A stretch of DNA of 47,695 nucleotides, taken from assembly GCA_012516115.1 (NCBI GenBank), contig JAAYXC010000076.1, positions 1 through 47,695 on the forward strand, read 5' to 3'. The notes under the pieces were generated by a model that saw only the letters and a list, made by a program, of their open reading frames with translations, was not told the DNA's origin and did no database searches. The DNA is from Bacillota bacterium. Lineage in GTDB: Bacteria > Bacillota > UBA4882 > JAAYXC01. Position numbers and translations under genes: made by a program. Positions 31,881 through 40,317 of the stretch are shown piece after piece; position 1 is the stretch's first letter; each line of letters opens with the position of its first letter.

Positions 31881-33503
31881 ATGCGTGCGCGTCTCTGGCT
31901 GCCCGCGTTCCTCGTGACCGTTATTCTCCCTCTTTTCGCCCTCTTGCCTCATCTTTCCGGACCGGCGGGTTTCGTCTCTTCGTTGGCCGATCGTCCGGTC
32001 CCCCTTGTTTCCGGGCCCGGGACAGGGCCTTTTACGGCCGTGTACCTCATCGTCGTCGACGGCCTTCGTTACGATGTGGCCCATTCGACGGCTATGCCCT
32101 TTCTTCGTGGTCTGAAACAGACGGCGGCCTGGGGGAAGGTCCGCGTGGGCCTGCCTTCTTATTCGCGGCCGGGTTATGCCCGCCTTCTGACCGGCGCGTC
32201 GACCGAACTCACCGGGCTGACGATGAACGAACAGACCAAGGCGGCGCCGGTGCCGACCGTTTTTTCCCTCGCCCGCGAGGCGGGGCTTTCGACGGCGGCC
32301 TCCGCCCACTACTGGGTAAAAGAACTCGTGGAGGGAACGTCCGGTCCGGCGGAGGGGTTCTTCCGCGGCCGTTTCATCCAATACGGGTACTTTTACCGGC
32401 AGGACGACGAGCCCGATGCGCGCGTCTTCGCCAACGCCAAGGAAATCGTCCGTCTTGACCACCCGTGGCTCGTTCTCGTCCTGCCCCCTTCGGTCGATGC
32501 CGCCGGCCATCAGAAGGGGGGGCGTTCCCCCGCCTACCGGAAAGCGGCCGCGGCGGTTGACGAGCTTCTGGCCGATTTCTACCATTCCCTGCCCAGGGGA
32601 GAGAAACATCTGGTGATCGTTACCGCCGACCATGGCCACCGGGACGCCGGCGGGCATGGTGGGGAGGAGCGGGATGCCTGTGAAGTCCCCCTCTTTCTTC
32701 TGGGGGAAGGTGTCCGTCCCGGTCGGATGAAAAGCACCATCGACCAGCTGGATATCGTCCCGACGATCGCTGCCGCCCTGGGCCTCCCGATGGCGGGGAG
32801 CATGGGGGGCCGGGTACTCGTGGAGGCGTTTGCGGAGGAGGGACCCTGGGCATCGGCCCAGGCCCGGCTGGCGAAAGCGCAAGAGGCCTATCTTCAGGCG
32901 AATAGCGACTTCTTTTCCGCCTGGCGTTCCGGATCCGGGCTCTCTTTCGCGGAGGTTTGGCGGCGTACCAGAGAGAGAGCCCTGTGGCGTGGAGCTTTCC
33001 GGCGTCTCCCGCTGGCGCTGCTGCTCGGGGGATCGGTGCTGGTCCTTTTCTTCCGCTTCCTTTTTTCCACCAGGACGCGCTGGCCGGTCCTGGCCGGGCT
33101 GGCCTTTCCCCTTTATTTCTACGCCTTTTTTCGCCTCTTGGGCGCGGATTATAGTTATAGTGTTATGCACAGCGCCGGCCATTTCCTCGGTCGTGTTTTG
33201 ATCGCCGCAGGCATGGCCCTGGCCGTCTCTACTTGGGCCGGAGCCAGTCTCCGGCGTGAAGGGGAAGGTTTCCTTCCCTCCTTGGTGGTGGGCCTCTGGA
33301 CGGTAGAGAACGTTCTCTTCTTCATCTCCTGGACGGTGGCCGGTGGCGGTCTGCGGGGCTTCCTCCCCGACCTCGGCTGGCATGTCTTCTTCCTCGTCCA
33401 GGCGGTTCTGCTCCCCCTCACTTCGCTTTATGCATTGTTCGGCTGGTGGTATGAGCTGGGTATCAAAAAGAAGAGGCCGCGAGAAGTTCCGGTATCAACC
33501 TGA
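31881..33503 (+). CDS. alkaline-phosphatase-superfamily (type I phosphodiesterase/NPP-like) membrane protein
   Basis: 540 aa with an N-terminal TM. 'LIVVDGLRYD', 'LPSYSRPGY', 'DAAGHQKG' and 'VTADHGHRDAGGHGG' are metal and nucleophile motifs of the superfamily. The C-terminal ~170 aa are polytopic. Confidence 0.7.
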   Translation: MRARLWLPAFLVTVILPLFALLPHLSGPAGFVSSLADRPVPLVSGPGTGPFTAVYLIVVDGLRYDVAHSTAMPFLRGLKQTAAWGKVRVGLPSYSRPGYARLLTGASTELTGLTMNEQTKAAPVPTVFSLAREAGLSTAASAHYWVKELVEGTSGPAEGFFRGRFIQYGYFYRQDDEPDARVFANAKEIVRLDHPWLVLVLPPSVDAAGHQKGGRSPAYRKAAAAVDELLADFYHSLPRGEKHLVIVTADHGHRDAGGHGGEERDACEVPLFLLGEGVRPGRMKSTIDQLDIVPTIAAALGLPMAGSMGGRVLVEAFAEEGPWASAQARLAKAQEAYLQANSDFFSAWRSGSGLSFAEVWRRTRERALWRGAFRRLPLALLLGGSVLVLFFRFLFSTRTRWPVLAGLAFPLYFYAFFRLLGADYSYSVMHSAGHFLGRVLIAAGMALAVSTWAGASLRREGEGFLPSLVVGLWTVENVLFFISWTVAGGGLRGFLPDLGWHVFFLVQAVLLPLTSLYALFGWWYELGIKKKRPREVPVST

Positions 33504-33619
33504 CCGGTTGATCCCGGTCCCGGCTTACTCCCGGTGGGGGAACCGGGATGGTTCAGTAAACGTCCGGGTTCCAGGCCTGGAGGCCGGGAGGAGATCGAAG
33601 AAAAAAGAAGAAAGTCTTT

Positions 33620-33653
33620 GCGGGGTCGAGGCAAGCCCCCTCGCTTCTTTTTT
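33620..33653 (+). terminator. intrinsic terminator after the phosphodiesterase-like gene
   Basis: GCGGGG-tcgaggcaagc-CCCCtCGC followed by TTCTTTTTT. Confidence 0.5.
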
Positions 33654-33707
33654 ACCCGAGAAAAGGGGCGAGGAACGAGAGCATTTCGCCCGGAAGGAGA
33701 AACGAAG

Positions 33708-34628
33708 ATGCTGCGCCATCTCCCGCATTTTAAAGATTGGTCGGCCGGAGAGCTCCTCGAGCTTTTGGAAAAGGCCCTCTACCTTAAAGAGCACCTGGCG
33801 GATTACGCCGGGATCCTCAAGGGCAAGACCATGGCGATGATCTTTCAGAAGACCTCCACCAGGACGCGGCTCTCCTTCGAGGCCGGGATGACCAGACTGG
33901 GTGGCCATGCGGTCTATATGGACTGGCGGGCCACCAACCTCGTCCTGGCCGAGATCAAGGACGAGATCCGCTACATCGCGGGTAACGCGGATCTGGTGAT
34001 GGCCCGTCTCCTCCACCATAAAGACCTGCTGGAAATGATCGCCTACGCCACGGTACCGGTGATCAACGGGTGCGACGATCGTTACCACCCCTGCCAGGCC
34101 TTCTGCGATCTTCTCACCCTCCGCGAGAAACTGGGTCGCCTCCAGGGGATCAAACTCGTCTACGTGGGCGTCTGGAACAACGTGCTAAACTCCCTGGTCG
34201 ACCTCTGCCACAAGATCGGGGTTTACCTTGTGGCCATCGCGCCCATCGTCAACGAGCCCTCTTGGGATCCGGAACTTTTGGCCGCCGCCGAGCGTTCCGG
34301 GTTCTTCCGGCGGGCGGAAGACCTCCGAACCGAGGTCCGCGACGCCGACGCGGTTTACACGGACTCCTGGGTCGACATGGAATTTTTCCTGGATCCGGCC
34401 TACGAGGCGGAAAAGAAGCGCCGCCTGGAGCTGATGTTGCCCTATCAGCTCAACGCGGCCAATCTGGCCGGTTCCAGGGCGCTCATCATGCACGATATGC
34501 CCATCCACCCCGGTTATGAAATCGACCGGGCGATGATCGAGGACGAGCGGTCGATCATCTTCCCGCAATCCTGGAACCGGATGCACGGCCAGAACGCCAT
34601 CATCCTCAGGTTGCTGGGACTGCTCTGA
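33708..34628 (+). CDS. aspartate/ornithine carbamoyltransferase-family protein with non-canonical second-substrate motifs
   Basis: The ATG at 33708 follows GGAAGGAGAAA, inside ORF 33534..34628. The carbamoyl-phosphate motifs 'STRTR' and 'HPCQ' are present. The OTC 'DxWxSMG' reads 'DSWVDME' and 'HCLP' reads 'HDMP'. Confidence 0.75.
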   Translation: MLRHLPHFKDWSAGELLELLEKALYLKEHLADYAGILKGKTMAMIFQKTSTRTRLSFEAGMTRLGGHAVYMDWRATNLVLAEIKDEIRYIAGNADLVMARLLHHKDLLEMIAYATVPVINGCDDRYHPCQAFCDLLTLREKLGRLQGIKLVYVGVWNNVLNSLVDLCHKIGVYLVAIAPIVNEPSWDPELLAAAERSGFFRRAEDLRTEVRDADAVYTDSWVDMEFFLDPAYEAEKKRRLELMLPYQLNAANLAGSRALIMHDMPIHPGYEIDRAMIEDERSIIFPQSWNRMHGQNAIILRLLGLL

Positions 34629-34668
34629 CCGCGTCTCCGTCGGAGGTTGAAATTCCCTGCCGACCATC

Positions 34669-35760
34669 GTGATCTCCGGTTACTACGGGGCCGGAAACGC
34701 CGGCGATGAGGCCATCCTCGCCGCCATGTTGGCCGCCTTACGCGCCGAAATTCCAGGGGCCGAGATGGTGGTCCTCTCCCGTGACCCGGTGCGGACCATG
34801 GCCGAACACGGGGTAAAGGCGGTGCCCCGGGATCTGGGCCGCCATTTCTTCGACCTCGTCAAGCTCTTCCGCCGGGCCGATCTCCTTTTGAGCGGTGGGG
34901 GGGGTCTCCTGCAAGACAGTTATCCGCCCCGGTTCCTTCCGGCCTCGGTCCTTTACTATCTGGCCGTTTGCCTTCTGGCCAAACTCTGCGGGTGCCGGGT
35001 GATGCTCTACGCCCAAGGTCTCGGGCCTCTCCGGCGGCCTTTTGCCCGTCTGCTCCTCCGGACGATCCTCCCGTGGATGGATCTCATCGCGGTCCGCGAC
35101 GAGGTTTCCCGGGATCTCCTCCATGAGCTGGGGATAATGCGCCGGGTCCACCTGACGGCCGATCCGGTCCTGGCCTGGCGGCCGGATTCGCTTCCGAACC
35201 CCGTACGGTCCGTTCTCCCCGCCGAAAAGCCCTATCTCGCCGTTTCCTTGCGGCCCTGGCCGGAGGAAGAACGCTGGCGGCCGGTGGTGGCCGGCGTGGT
35301 GGAGCGCGCGTTTCGCACCTGGGGAATGGTTCCGGTTTTCCTCCCTTTCGCGCGCGGGGGGGACTTTCTGGTCTGCGCCCGGGTACGGGCATGCATGGCC
35401 GAAGGGTTGCCGGCGATCATCTTGCCGGAACTGGGGCCCGCGGAGCTCTATGCGGCGGTGGCCGGGGCCGGGATGGTCCTGGGCATGCGGCTTCATTCCC
35501 TCATCTTTGCCGCCCTGGACCGCGTCCCGGCGGTGGGTCTGGCCTACGACCCGAAGGTCACCGCGTTTCTTTCCTCCCTCGGCCTGGCCGAGTTGGCGAA
35601 GCCGCTTCGTTCTCCGGAAGAGGAACTCTGGTCCACACTGGCGAAGACCTGGGAAAAAAGGGCAGAGGTCGCGGCCCGGATGGGGTCTTCCCTGCCGTGG
35701 CTGGCCGGGTTAGCCCTGGCGAACGCACGGTTGGCCCGGGGTCTCCTTCGGGAGGATTGA
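34669..35760 (+). CDS. csaB: polysaccharide pyruvyl transferase CsaB
   Basis: 363 aa. 'ISGYYGAGNAGDEAILAAML' and 'GGGGLLQD' are typical of CsaB. Confidence 0.8.
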   Translation: MISGYYGAGNAGDEAILAAMLAALRAEIPGAEMVVLSRDPVRTMAEHGVKAVPRDLGRHFFDLVKLFRRADLLLSGGGGLLQDSYPPRFLPASVLYYLAVCLLAKLCGCRVMLYAQGLGPLRRPFARLLLRTILPWMDLIAVRDEVSRDLLHELGIMRRVHLTADPVLAWRPDSLPNPVRSVLPAEKPYLAVSLRPWPEEERWRPVVAGVVERAFRTWGMVPVFLPFARGGDFLVCARVRACMAEGLPAIILPELGPAELYAAVAGAGMVLGMRLHSLIFAALDRVPAVGLAYDPKVTAFLSSLGLAELAKPLRSPEEELWSTLAKTWEKRAEVAARMGSSLPWLAGLALANARLARGLLRED

Positions 35761-35789
35761 AGACGGAGCCGGGCAAGCTTTTTTGTTTT
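35734..35789 (+). terminator. possible intrinsic terminator at the csaB 3' end
   Basis: GCCCGG (35734-35739) pairs with CCGGGC (35769-35774) around an inner CTCC-TTCG-GGAG hairpin, followed by AAGCTTTTTTGTTTT. Confidence 0.35.
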
Positions 35790-35971
35790 CTCGATGGTTC
35801 GTGTCGTGGCCCGGGATTTATACGAATCAAGGGTCCCGTTCATCGGATCCTTGATTTACCATACGAACACCGCTTCGCCGAAAAAAGAAGCATCCTGTTT
35901 GCCCCCCGGTTAACCTGCCCAGGGCGGAGCGAGAGACTAAGAAGGGATCAGTCGAGGGAGGGAATCCAGCC

Positions 35972-37234
35972 TTGCCAGCCGAGATCATCAGCATCGGGAC
36001 GGAACTCCTCCTCGGAGAGGTGGTGGATACCAACGCCGCCTTTCTCGCCCGGCGCCTGGCGGAACTCGGGATCGACCTCTACTACAAGACGACGGTCGGG
36101 GATAACCTGGGCCGTATTGTAGCCGAGCTCAAGCGGGCCTGGGCGAGATCGGAGATCGTCATCACCACCGGTGGCCTGGGTCCCACCCAGGACGACCTGA
36201 CCCGTGAGGCCGTGGCCGCGCTCCTGGGTGAGGAGCTCGTTCTCAACCAGGAAGAACTGGCGAAGATGCGGGCTTTCTTCGCCCGTCTCGGCCGGATTAT
36301 GACCCCGAATAACGAGCGCCAGGCGATGTTCCCCCCTTCGGCCCGCCCCCTGGCCAATCCCGAGGGGACCGCGCCCGGCCTGGCCGTGGTCAAAGACGGC
36401 CGTTATCTCTTTGCCCTCCCCGGGGTACCGGTGGAGATGGAGCGGATGTTCGACCGGGAGGTCTTCCCCCTTCTCCGCCGACTGGTGCCGGGGTAGCCCC
36501 TTTTCTCCCGGACTTTACGGTTTACCGGGATCGGTGAGTCGGCCATGGCCGCGGCGGTACACGACCTCATCGAGGCCGGCCGGGCACCCACCGTGGCCCC
36601 TTATTTCACCCGCCGGGGCGAGACGAGGCTCCGCCTCACCGTCCGGGCGGCGGACGCCGAAGAAGCCGAGAAGCTTTTCGCCCCGGTGGAGGCCGAAATC
36701 CGGCGACGGTTGGGTCCGCACCTCTTCGGGGTCGATGAGGAGACCCTGGAAGAAGTGGTGGGGCGCCTCCTCAAAGACCGGGGACTTACTCTGGCCACGG
36801 CCGAGTCCTGCACGGGTGGACTCCTCGGCCACCGGCTGACCAATATCCCCGGCAGCTCCGCTTATTATCTGGGCGGTGTGGTAGCCTATGATAACCGCGC
36901 AAAGACCGGGGTCCTGGGGGTCCCGGCGGAGATCCTGGCCGCGCACGGTGCGGTAAGCGCGGAGACGGCCGGGGCCATGGCCGAGGGCGTCCGGCGGCTC
37001 CTGGGAGCCGATCTCGGCCTGGCCAGTACGGGGATCGCCGGTCCCGGCGGTGGTACACCGACCAAACCGGTGGGACTGGTCTACCTCGGCCTGGCCTGGG
37101 AAGGTGGGGTCGAGACGAGACGGCATCTTTTCGGGTGGGATCGGCTCGGGAACAAGGAGGCCGCGGCCCAGGCCGGGCTGGCCTTGGTCTGGGAATGGCT
37201 GACCGGGAGGAGGGAATCCCCGTCCGGCGTTTGA
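35972..37234 (+). pseudogene. cinA: CinA (MoCF-like domain + PncC-type NMN amidohydrolase domain) interrupted by one in-frame TAG
   Basis: ORFs 35972..36496 and 36545..37234 share a frame. The read-through gives '...FPLLRRLVPG*PLFSRTLRFTGIGESAMAAAVHDLIEAGRAPTVAPYF', so the stop (36494-36496) sits just before the conserved 'SR.LRF.GIGES' block. The C-terminal domain has 'AESCTGGLLG'. Confidence 0.8.
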
Positions 37235-37347
37235 GGAGGGCCATTTCAAAGTCTCATCCGGCGGAGGGGGACGGAATAATTTTGATCTGGAAGAGGGCTT
37301 TCCAGCGCCATTGGGGCAATCCTGGATAAAGAGGAGTCGAAGAGGAA

Positions 37348-37509
37348 ATGGCCCGACGGTTCTTTCTCGGCGTGATCCTGTTCGCGGTGGCCGCCGAGGT
37401 CGCCTTCCTCCTGGCCAAGGGGATTCGTTCCCGGCGGATGATCCCGGCGACCGTCTATTTCACCGATCCCCTTGGGGCCTTTTTGCTTTTCCTCGTGTCG
37501 CTTTATTGA
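37348..37509 (+). CDS. possible small two-TM membrane protein (53 aa)
   Basis: An ATG follows GAGGAGTCGAAGAGGAA. The product is 'MARRFFLGVILFAVAAEVAFLLAKGIRSRRMIPATVYFTDPLGAFLLFLVSLY'. It is below the ORF-track length cutoff and no homology was recognised. Confidence 0.3.
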   Translation: MARRFFLGVILFAVAAEVAFLLAKGIRSRRMIPATVYFTDPLGAFLLFLVSLY

Positions 37510-37534
37510 TTTAGAGGTGGTGGAGGAAGAGACA

Positions 37535-38116
37535 ATGGACAAGCCGGCCATGGAGAGGGATTCCCTCCGGCTTTTCGTCGCCCTCTGGCTCCCTGCGCCA
37601 CTGAACAGGGCGGTCCTGGCCCACCTGGACGAACTCCGGCGGGGAAGCCGCGGGGTGCGCTGGGTCCGGCCGGAGCAACTCCATCTTACCTTAAAGTTTT
37701 TAGGCGAGACGCCCCGGACCGAGCTTCCCCAGCTTTTTTCCGCCCTGGCCGAGGTGGCGGCCACGACGCGGCCCTTCTCCCTTAAGCTCGCCCCGGGCGG
37801 AGTCTTCCCGCCGAGCGGGCCGCCCCGGGGCGTTTGGCGCGGCGTTACCCCCGAGGAAGAAGGGGCGGTCCTGGCCGGTCGGGTGGAAGAGGCCTTAATC
37901 CCCCTGGGACATCCCCCGGAGAAGAGGCCCTTCCGGGCCCACCTCACCCTGGGCCGGGCCGAGCCGGGGGCCGTTTTCGATCGCGCCCTCCTCGGCCGGG
38001 ATATCACGGCCGGACCGGCCGTGGTCGGGCGGCTCTCCCTCGTCCGAAGCGAGCTCCGGCCCCGGGGACCGGTCTACACCACGTTGAGGGAATGGCCGCT
38101 GGTCGGCAGGGAATAA
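37535..38116 (+). CDS. thpR: RNA 2',3'-cyclic phosphodiesterase (2H family)
   Basis: The ATG at 37535 follows GAGGTGGTGGAGGAAGAG, inside ORF 37472..38116. Two HxTx motifs are present ('LHLTLKFLG' and 'AHLTLGR'). Confidence 0.85.
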   Translation: MDKPAMERDSLRLFVALWLPAPLNRAVLAHLDELRRGSRGVRWVRPEQLHLTLKFLGETPRTELPQLFSALAEVAATTRPFSLKLAPGGVFPPSGPPRGVWRGVTPEEEGAVLAGRVEEALIPLGHPPEKRPFRAHLTLGRAEPGAVFDRALLGRDITAGPAVVGRLSLVRSELRPRGPVYTTLREWPLVGRE

Positions 38117-38129
38117 GGAGGCGGAGACG

Positions 38130-38417
38130 ATGGAATGGGTCGTCAAAGGACTCCCTCCCGAGGTCAAAGAAGAACTCCTCGGCCGGCTCCGGCGGGCCGA
38201 AGGTCAGCTCCGGGGGATCCAGAAGATGATCGCCGAAGACCGGGGCTGCCATGAAGTCCTGACCCAGCTGGCGGCGGTGAAGGCGGCCGTGGTCCAGGCG
38301 GCCATGACCATCCTCGGTGCCCAGCTCGCCCGGTGCGTCCAGGAAGGGGCCTCCTCCGGCCGGAGCGGCCGGGAGGCGCTGGAGGAGTTCATGGAGATCT
38401 TCAAGAAGTTTTCGTAG
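38130..38417 (+). CDS. CsoR/RcnR/FrmR-family repressor (x-C-x-C fingerprint)
   Basis: 95 aa. 'RLRRAEGQLRGIQKMI' is typical of the family. Cys40 and Cys69 have CsoR-like spacing, but the CsoR His position (Cys69 minus 4) is Gln. Confidence 0.85.
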   Translation: MEWVVKGLPPEVKEELLGRLRRAEGQLRGIQKMIAEDRGCHEVLTQLAAVKAAVVQAAMTILGAQLARCVQEGASSGRSGREALEEFMEIFKKFS

Positions 38418-38448
38418 GCTCCGTGCACCCCCTCCTTCGGATGGGAAA

Positions 38449-38862
38449 ATGCTTGAGGGTTCTTGGTATATCTATATCGGCTACAAGATCCTCGACGAAG
38501 ATGCTTTCAACCTGGCCTTAATCGGCGCTTATTCCACATGGTTCGACATACAAAGCTGGGAAGATTTCTCTTATACTTATTCCCTCGGCATCGGGGCCAA
38601 AGGAACGCTGAATCTCTCCCCCTCGTTCGCCCTTTCGGGACTGGTCTTGTACGGCGTCTTCAACAAAAGCGAGATGACACGGGATGATATCGATGTGGTG
38701 AGCACCGATGACGTCTCTACCCTCTTTTGGGAGTTGAAGGCTGGTTATCAGATGGCCGATTCCTGGTGGGCCTTCGCCACTTATCGGCGGACGGCCCTTT
38801 CCATCGAGAACGTGGATACCACCGCCAGCGGTTTCGGCCTGGGAGTGGAGTACAGGCTCTGA
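38449..38862 (+). CDS. hypothetical beta-strand-rich protein (outer-membrane-barrel-like pattern, no signal peptide)
   Basis: 137 aa with alternating hydrophobic/polar stretches and the terminal 'GFGLGVEYRL'. GC is lower than in the flanks. It is followed by a good terminator. No signal peptide is present, so it may be a truncated gene. Confidence 0.4.
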   Translation: MLEGSWYIYIGYKILDEDAFNLALIGAYSTWFDIQSWEDFSYTYSLGIGAKGTLNLSPSFALSGLVLYGVFNKSEMTRDDIDVVSTDDVSTLFWELKAGYQMADSWWAFATYRRTALSIENVDTTASGFGLGVEYRL

Positions 38863-38895
38863 GTCGAACAGCAGATAGCCATTCTAGAAAAAACC

Positions 38896-38930
38896 GGGGA
38901 AGGCTCGGACGGCCTTCCCTTTAATTTTTA
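38896..38930 (+). terminator. intrinsic terminator
   Basis: GGGGAAGGC-tcggac-GGCCTTCCC followed by TTTAATTTTTA. Confidence 0.7.
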
Positions 38931-39097
38931 TAGCCGGTTTGGGCGAAAATCGTTTTCCGGCGAAGTAATTCTTATCTAGAGGACCATCTCCCGGTATACT
39001 TCGATTTCATCATCTAATATCGTTTGCAGGATTACTTGCCGAGCCGATCCTTCTGTTGTAAACTCATGCTAGAAGATTCTCTTTGATGGGAGCGGCC

Positions 39098-40156
39098 ATG
39101 TCCAACGTAACGATGAAAGATGTCGCCGAGAAGGCCGGCGTCTCCGTCTCTACGGTCTCCAGAGTCCTCAATAACCGGTGCTGGGTACGGCCGGAAGTGC
39201 GTGAGCGCGTCTGGGCCGTAATTCGAGAAATCGGTTATCAGCCGAACCTGGACGCCCAGACCCTCGTCAAGGGCGGCGCGACAAGACAGATCGGCTTGCT
39301 TGTATGGGATATCACCAGTCCTTACTATGCTGAAATCGCTCTCGGAGTAGAAGAGGCCGCTTATCAGGCCGGCTACATGGTTATGCTCTGCAATTACCTG
39401 GACTTTGGGCGCCGGGATGAAGATCGGTATATCGAGGCTTTTCTGCGGCGGAGGGTCGACGGCGTAGTAGTGGCCATGGCTTTAAGCCCGGCCGGAATAG
39501 AAAAGCTTGGACTCATGGTTAAACGCGGGATTAAGGTGGCCGTCTGTCGTGAGCGCGGATGGCTGCGGGTAGATGAAGACGACTACGCGATCGAATTAGG
39601 CCTTAGCGCCGTGGACGTGGATACCCGAGCTGGAATAAAAAAGTCCGTCGACCACCTGGCCACTTTAGGACATACGCGGATCGGCTATCTATTCGGTCCG
39701 TCCGAGATGCCCGGTCAGCCCAGGCTCGAAGCTTTCAAGGCGGCTTTGGCCGAACGGGGTTTGGTATACGACCCGGCGCTGATAATTACCGGTCTCGGTT
39801 ATCGACAGGCTTCCGGTGTACGCGGGATGCAAGAACTAATGGCCCGGCGGGCCGGAGTTACGGCCGTCTTGGCCTTTAACGACCTTATTGCCATGGGCGT
39901 TATGAGTTATTGTTATGAACAAGGTATCCGCATCCCAGAAGACATATCTCTTATCGGTTTTGATAATATTGAACAAAGTATGTATACATGTCCCCCGCTG
40001 ACAACCGTGAATATCCCCAGGGAAGAGATCGGTCGAGAACTTTTCCGTTCTTTATTAAATACGATAAAAGGCGGACATCCGGAAATTCAGATTATCACCC
40101 CTAATTTGGTGTTACGTGGCACGACTGCTTTTGTGCCAGCGCGCATTAGTGAGTAG
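39098..40156 (+). CDS. LacI-family transcriptional regulator
   Basis: ORF 39083..40156, with several in-frame starts (39083, 39086, 39098, 39113). 'VTMKDVAEKAGVSVSTVSRVLNN' is the HTH. A periplasmic-binding-fold body follows. Confidence 0.88.
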   Translation: MSNVTMKDVAEKAGVSVSTVSRVLNNRCWVRPEVRERVWAVIREIGYQPNLDAQTLVKGGATRQIGLLVWDITSPYYAEIALGVEEAAYQAGYMVMLCNYLDFGRRDEDRYIEAFLRRRVDGVVVAMALSPAGIEKLGLMVKRGIKVAVCRERGWLRVDEDDYAIELGLSAVDVDTRAGIKKSVDHLATLGHTRIGYLFGPSEMPGQPRLEAFKAALAERGLVYDPALIITGLGYRQASGVRGMQELMARRAGVTAVLAFNDLIAMGVMSYCYEQGIRIPEDISLIGFDNIEQSMYTCPPLTTVNIPREEIGRELFRSLLNTIKGGHPEIQIITPNLVLRGTTAFVPARISE

Positions 40157-40198
40157 ATTATTTTTCTAAAAGGGGGAAGGGCAATTTTTCGCTTTGAC

Positions 40199-40212
40199 TG
40201 GTAGCGTTTTCA
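40199..40212. promoter_or_regulatory. candidate LacI/CcpA-type operator
   Basis: TGGTAGCGTTTTCA is close to the TGNAANCGNTTNCA half-palindrome pattern. It overlaps a TTGACT -35-like hexamer (40194-40199) between lacI and the transporter genes. Confidence 0.3.
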
Positions 40213-40317
40213 GTTCTCAATGTTTCCGGACAATAAAAAGGGAGGGTGAGAATGGGAAAATGACAGTATAAAAATAGAATGTTTTTGGCTTAAAAGATTT
40301 AAAAAGGAGGTTATAAG

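Noticed and set aside
20249-36496. Genetic-code recoding of TAG (pyrrolysine or amber suppression) to explain the in-frame TAGs in rsmD and cinA and the purD-TAG-rnhA frame continuity
   Set aside because: TAG also terminates ordinary genes here at sensible positions (DUF4411, the beta-lactamase-like gene, purD, degV, cmk). The other interrupted genes use TAA and TGA. The rsmD TAG replaces a conserved Glu, not a Pyl-type site. No pyl genes are seen in the window. This cannot be fully excluded without the genome.
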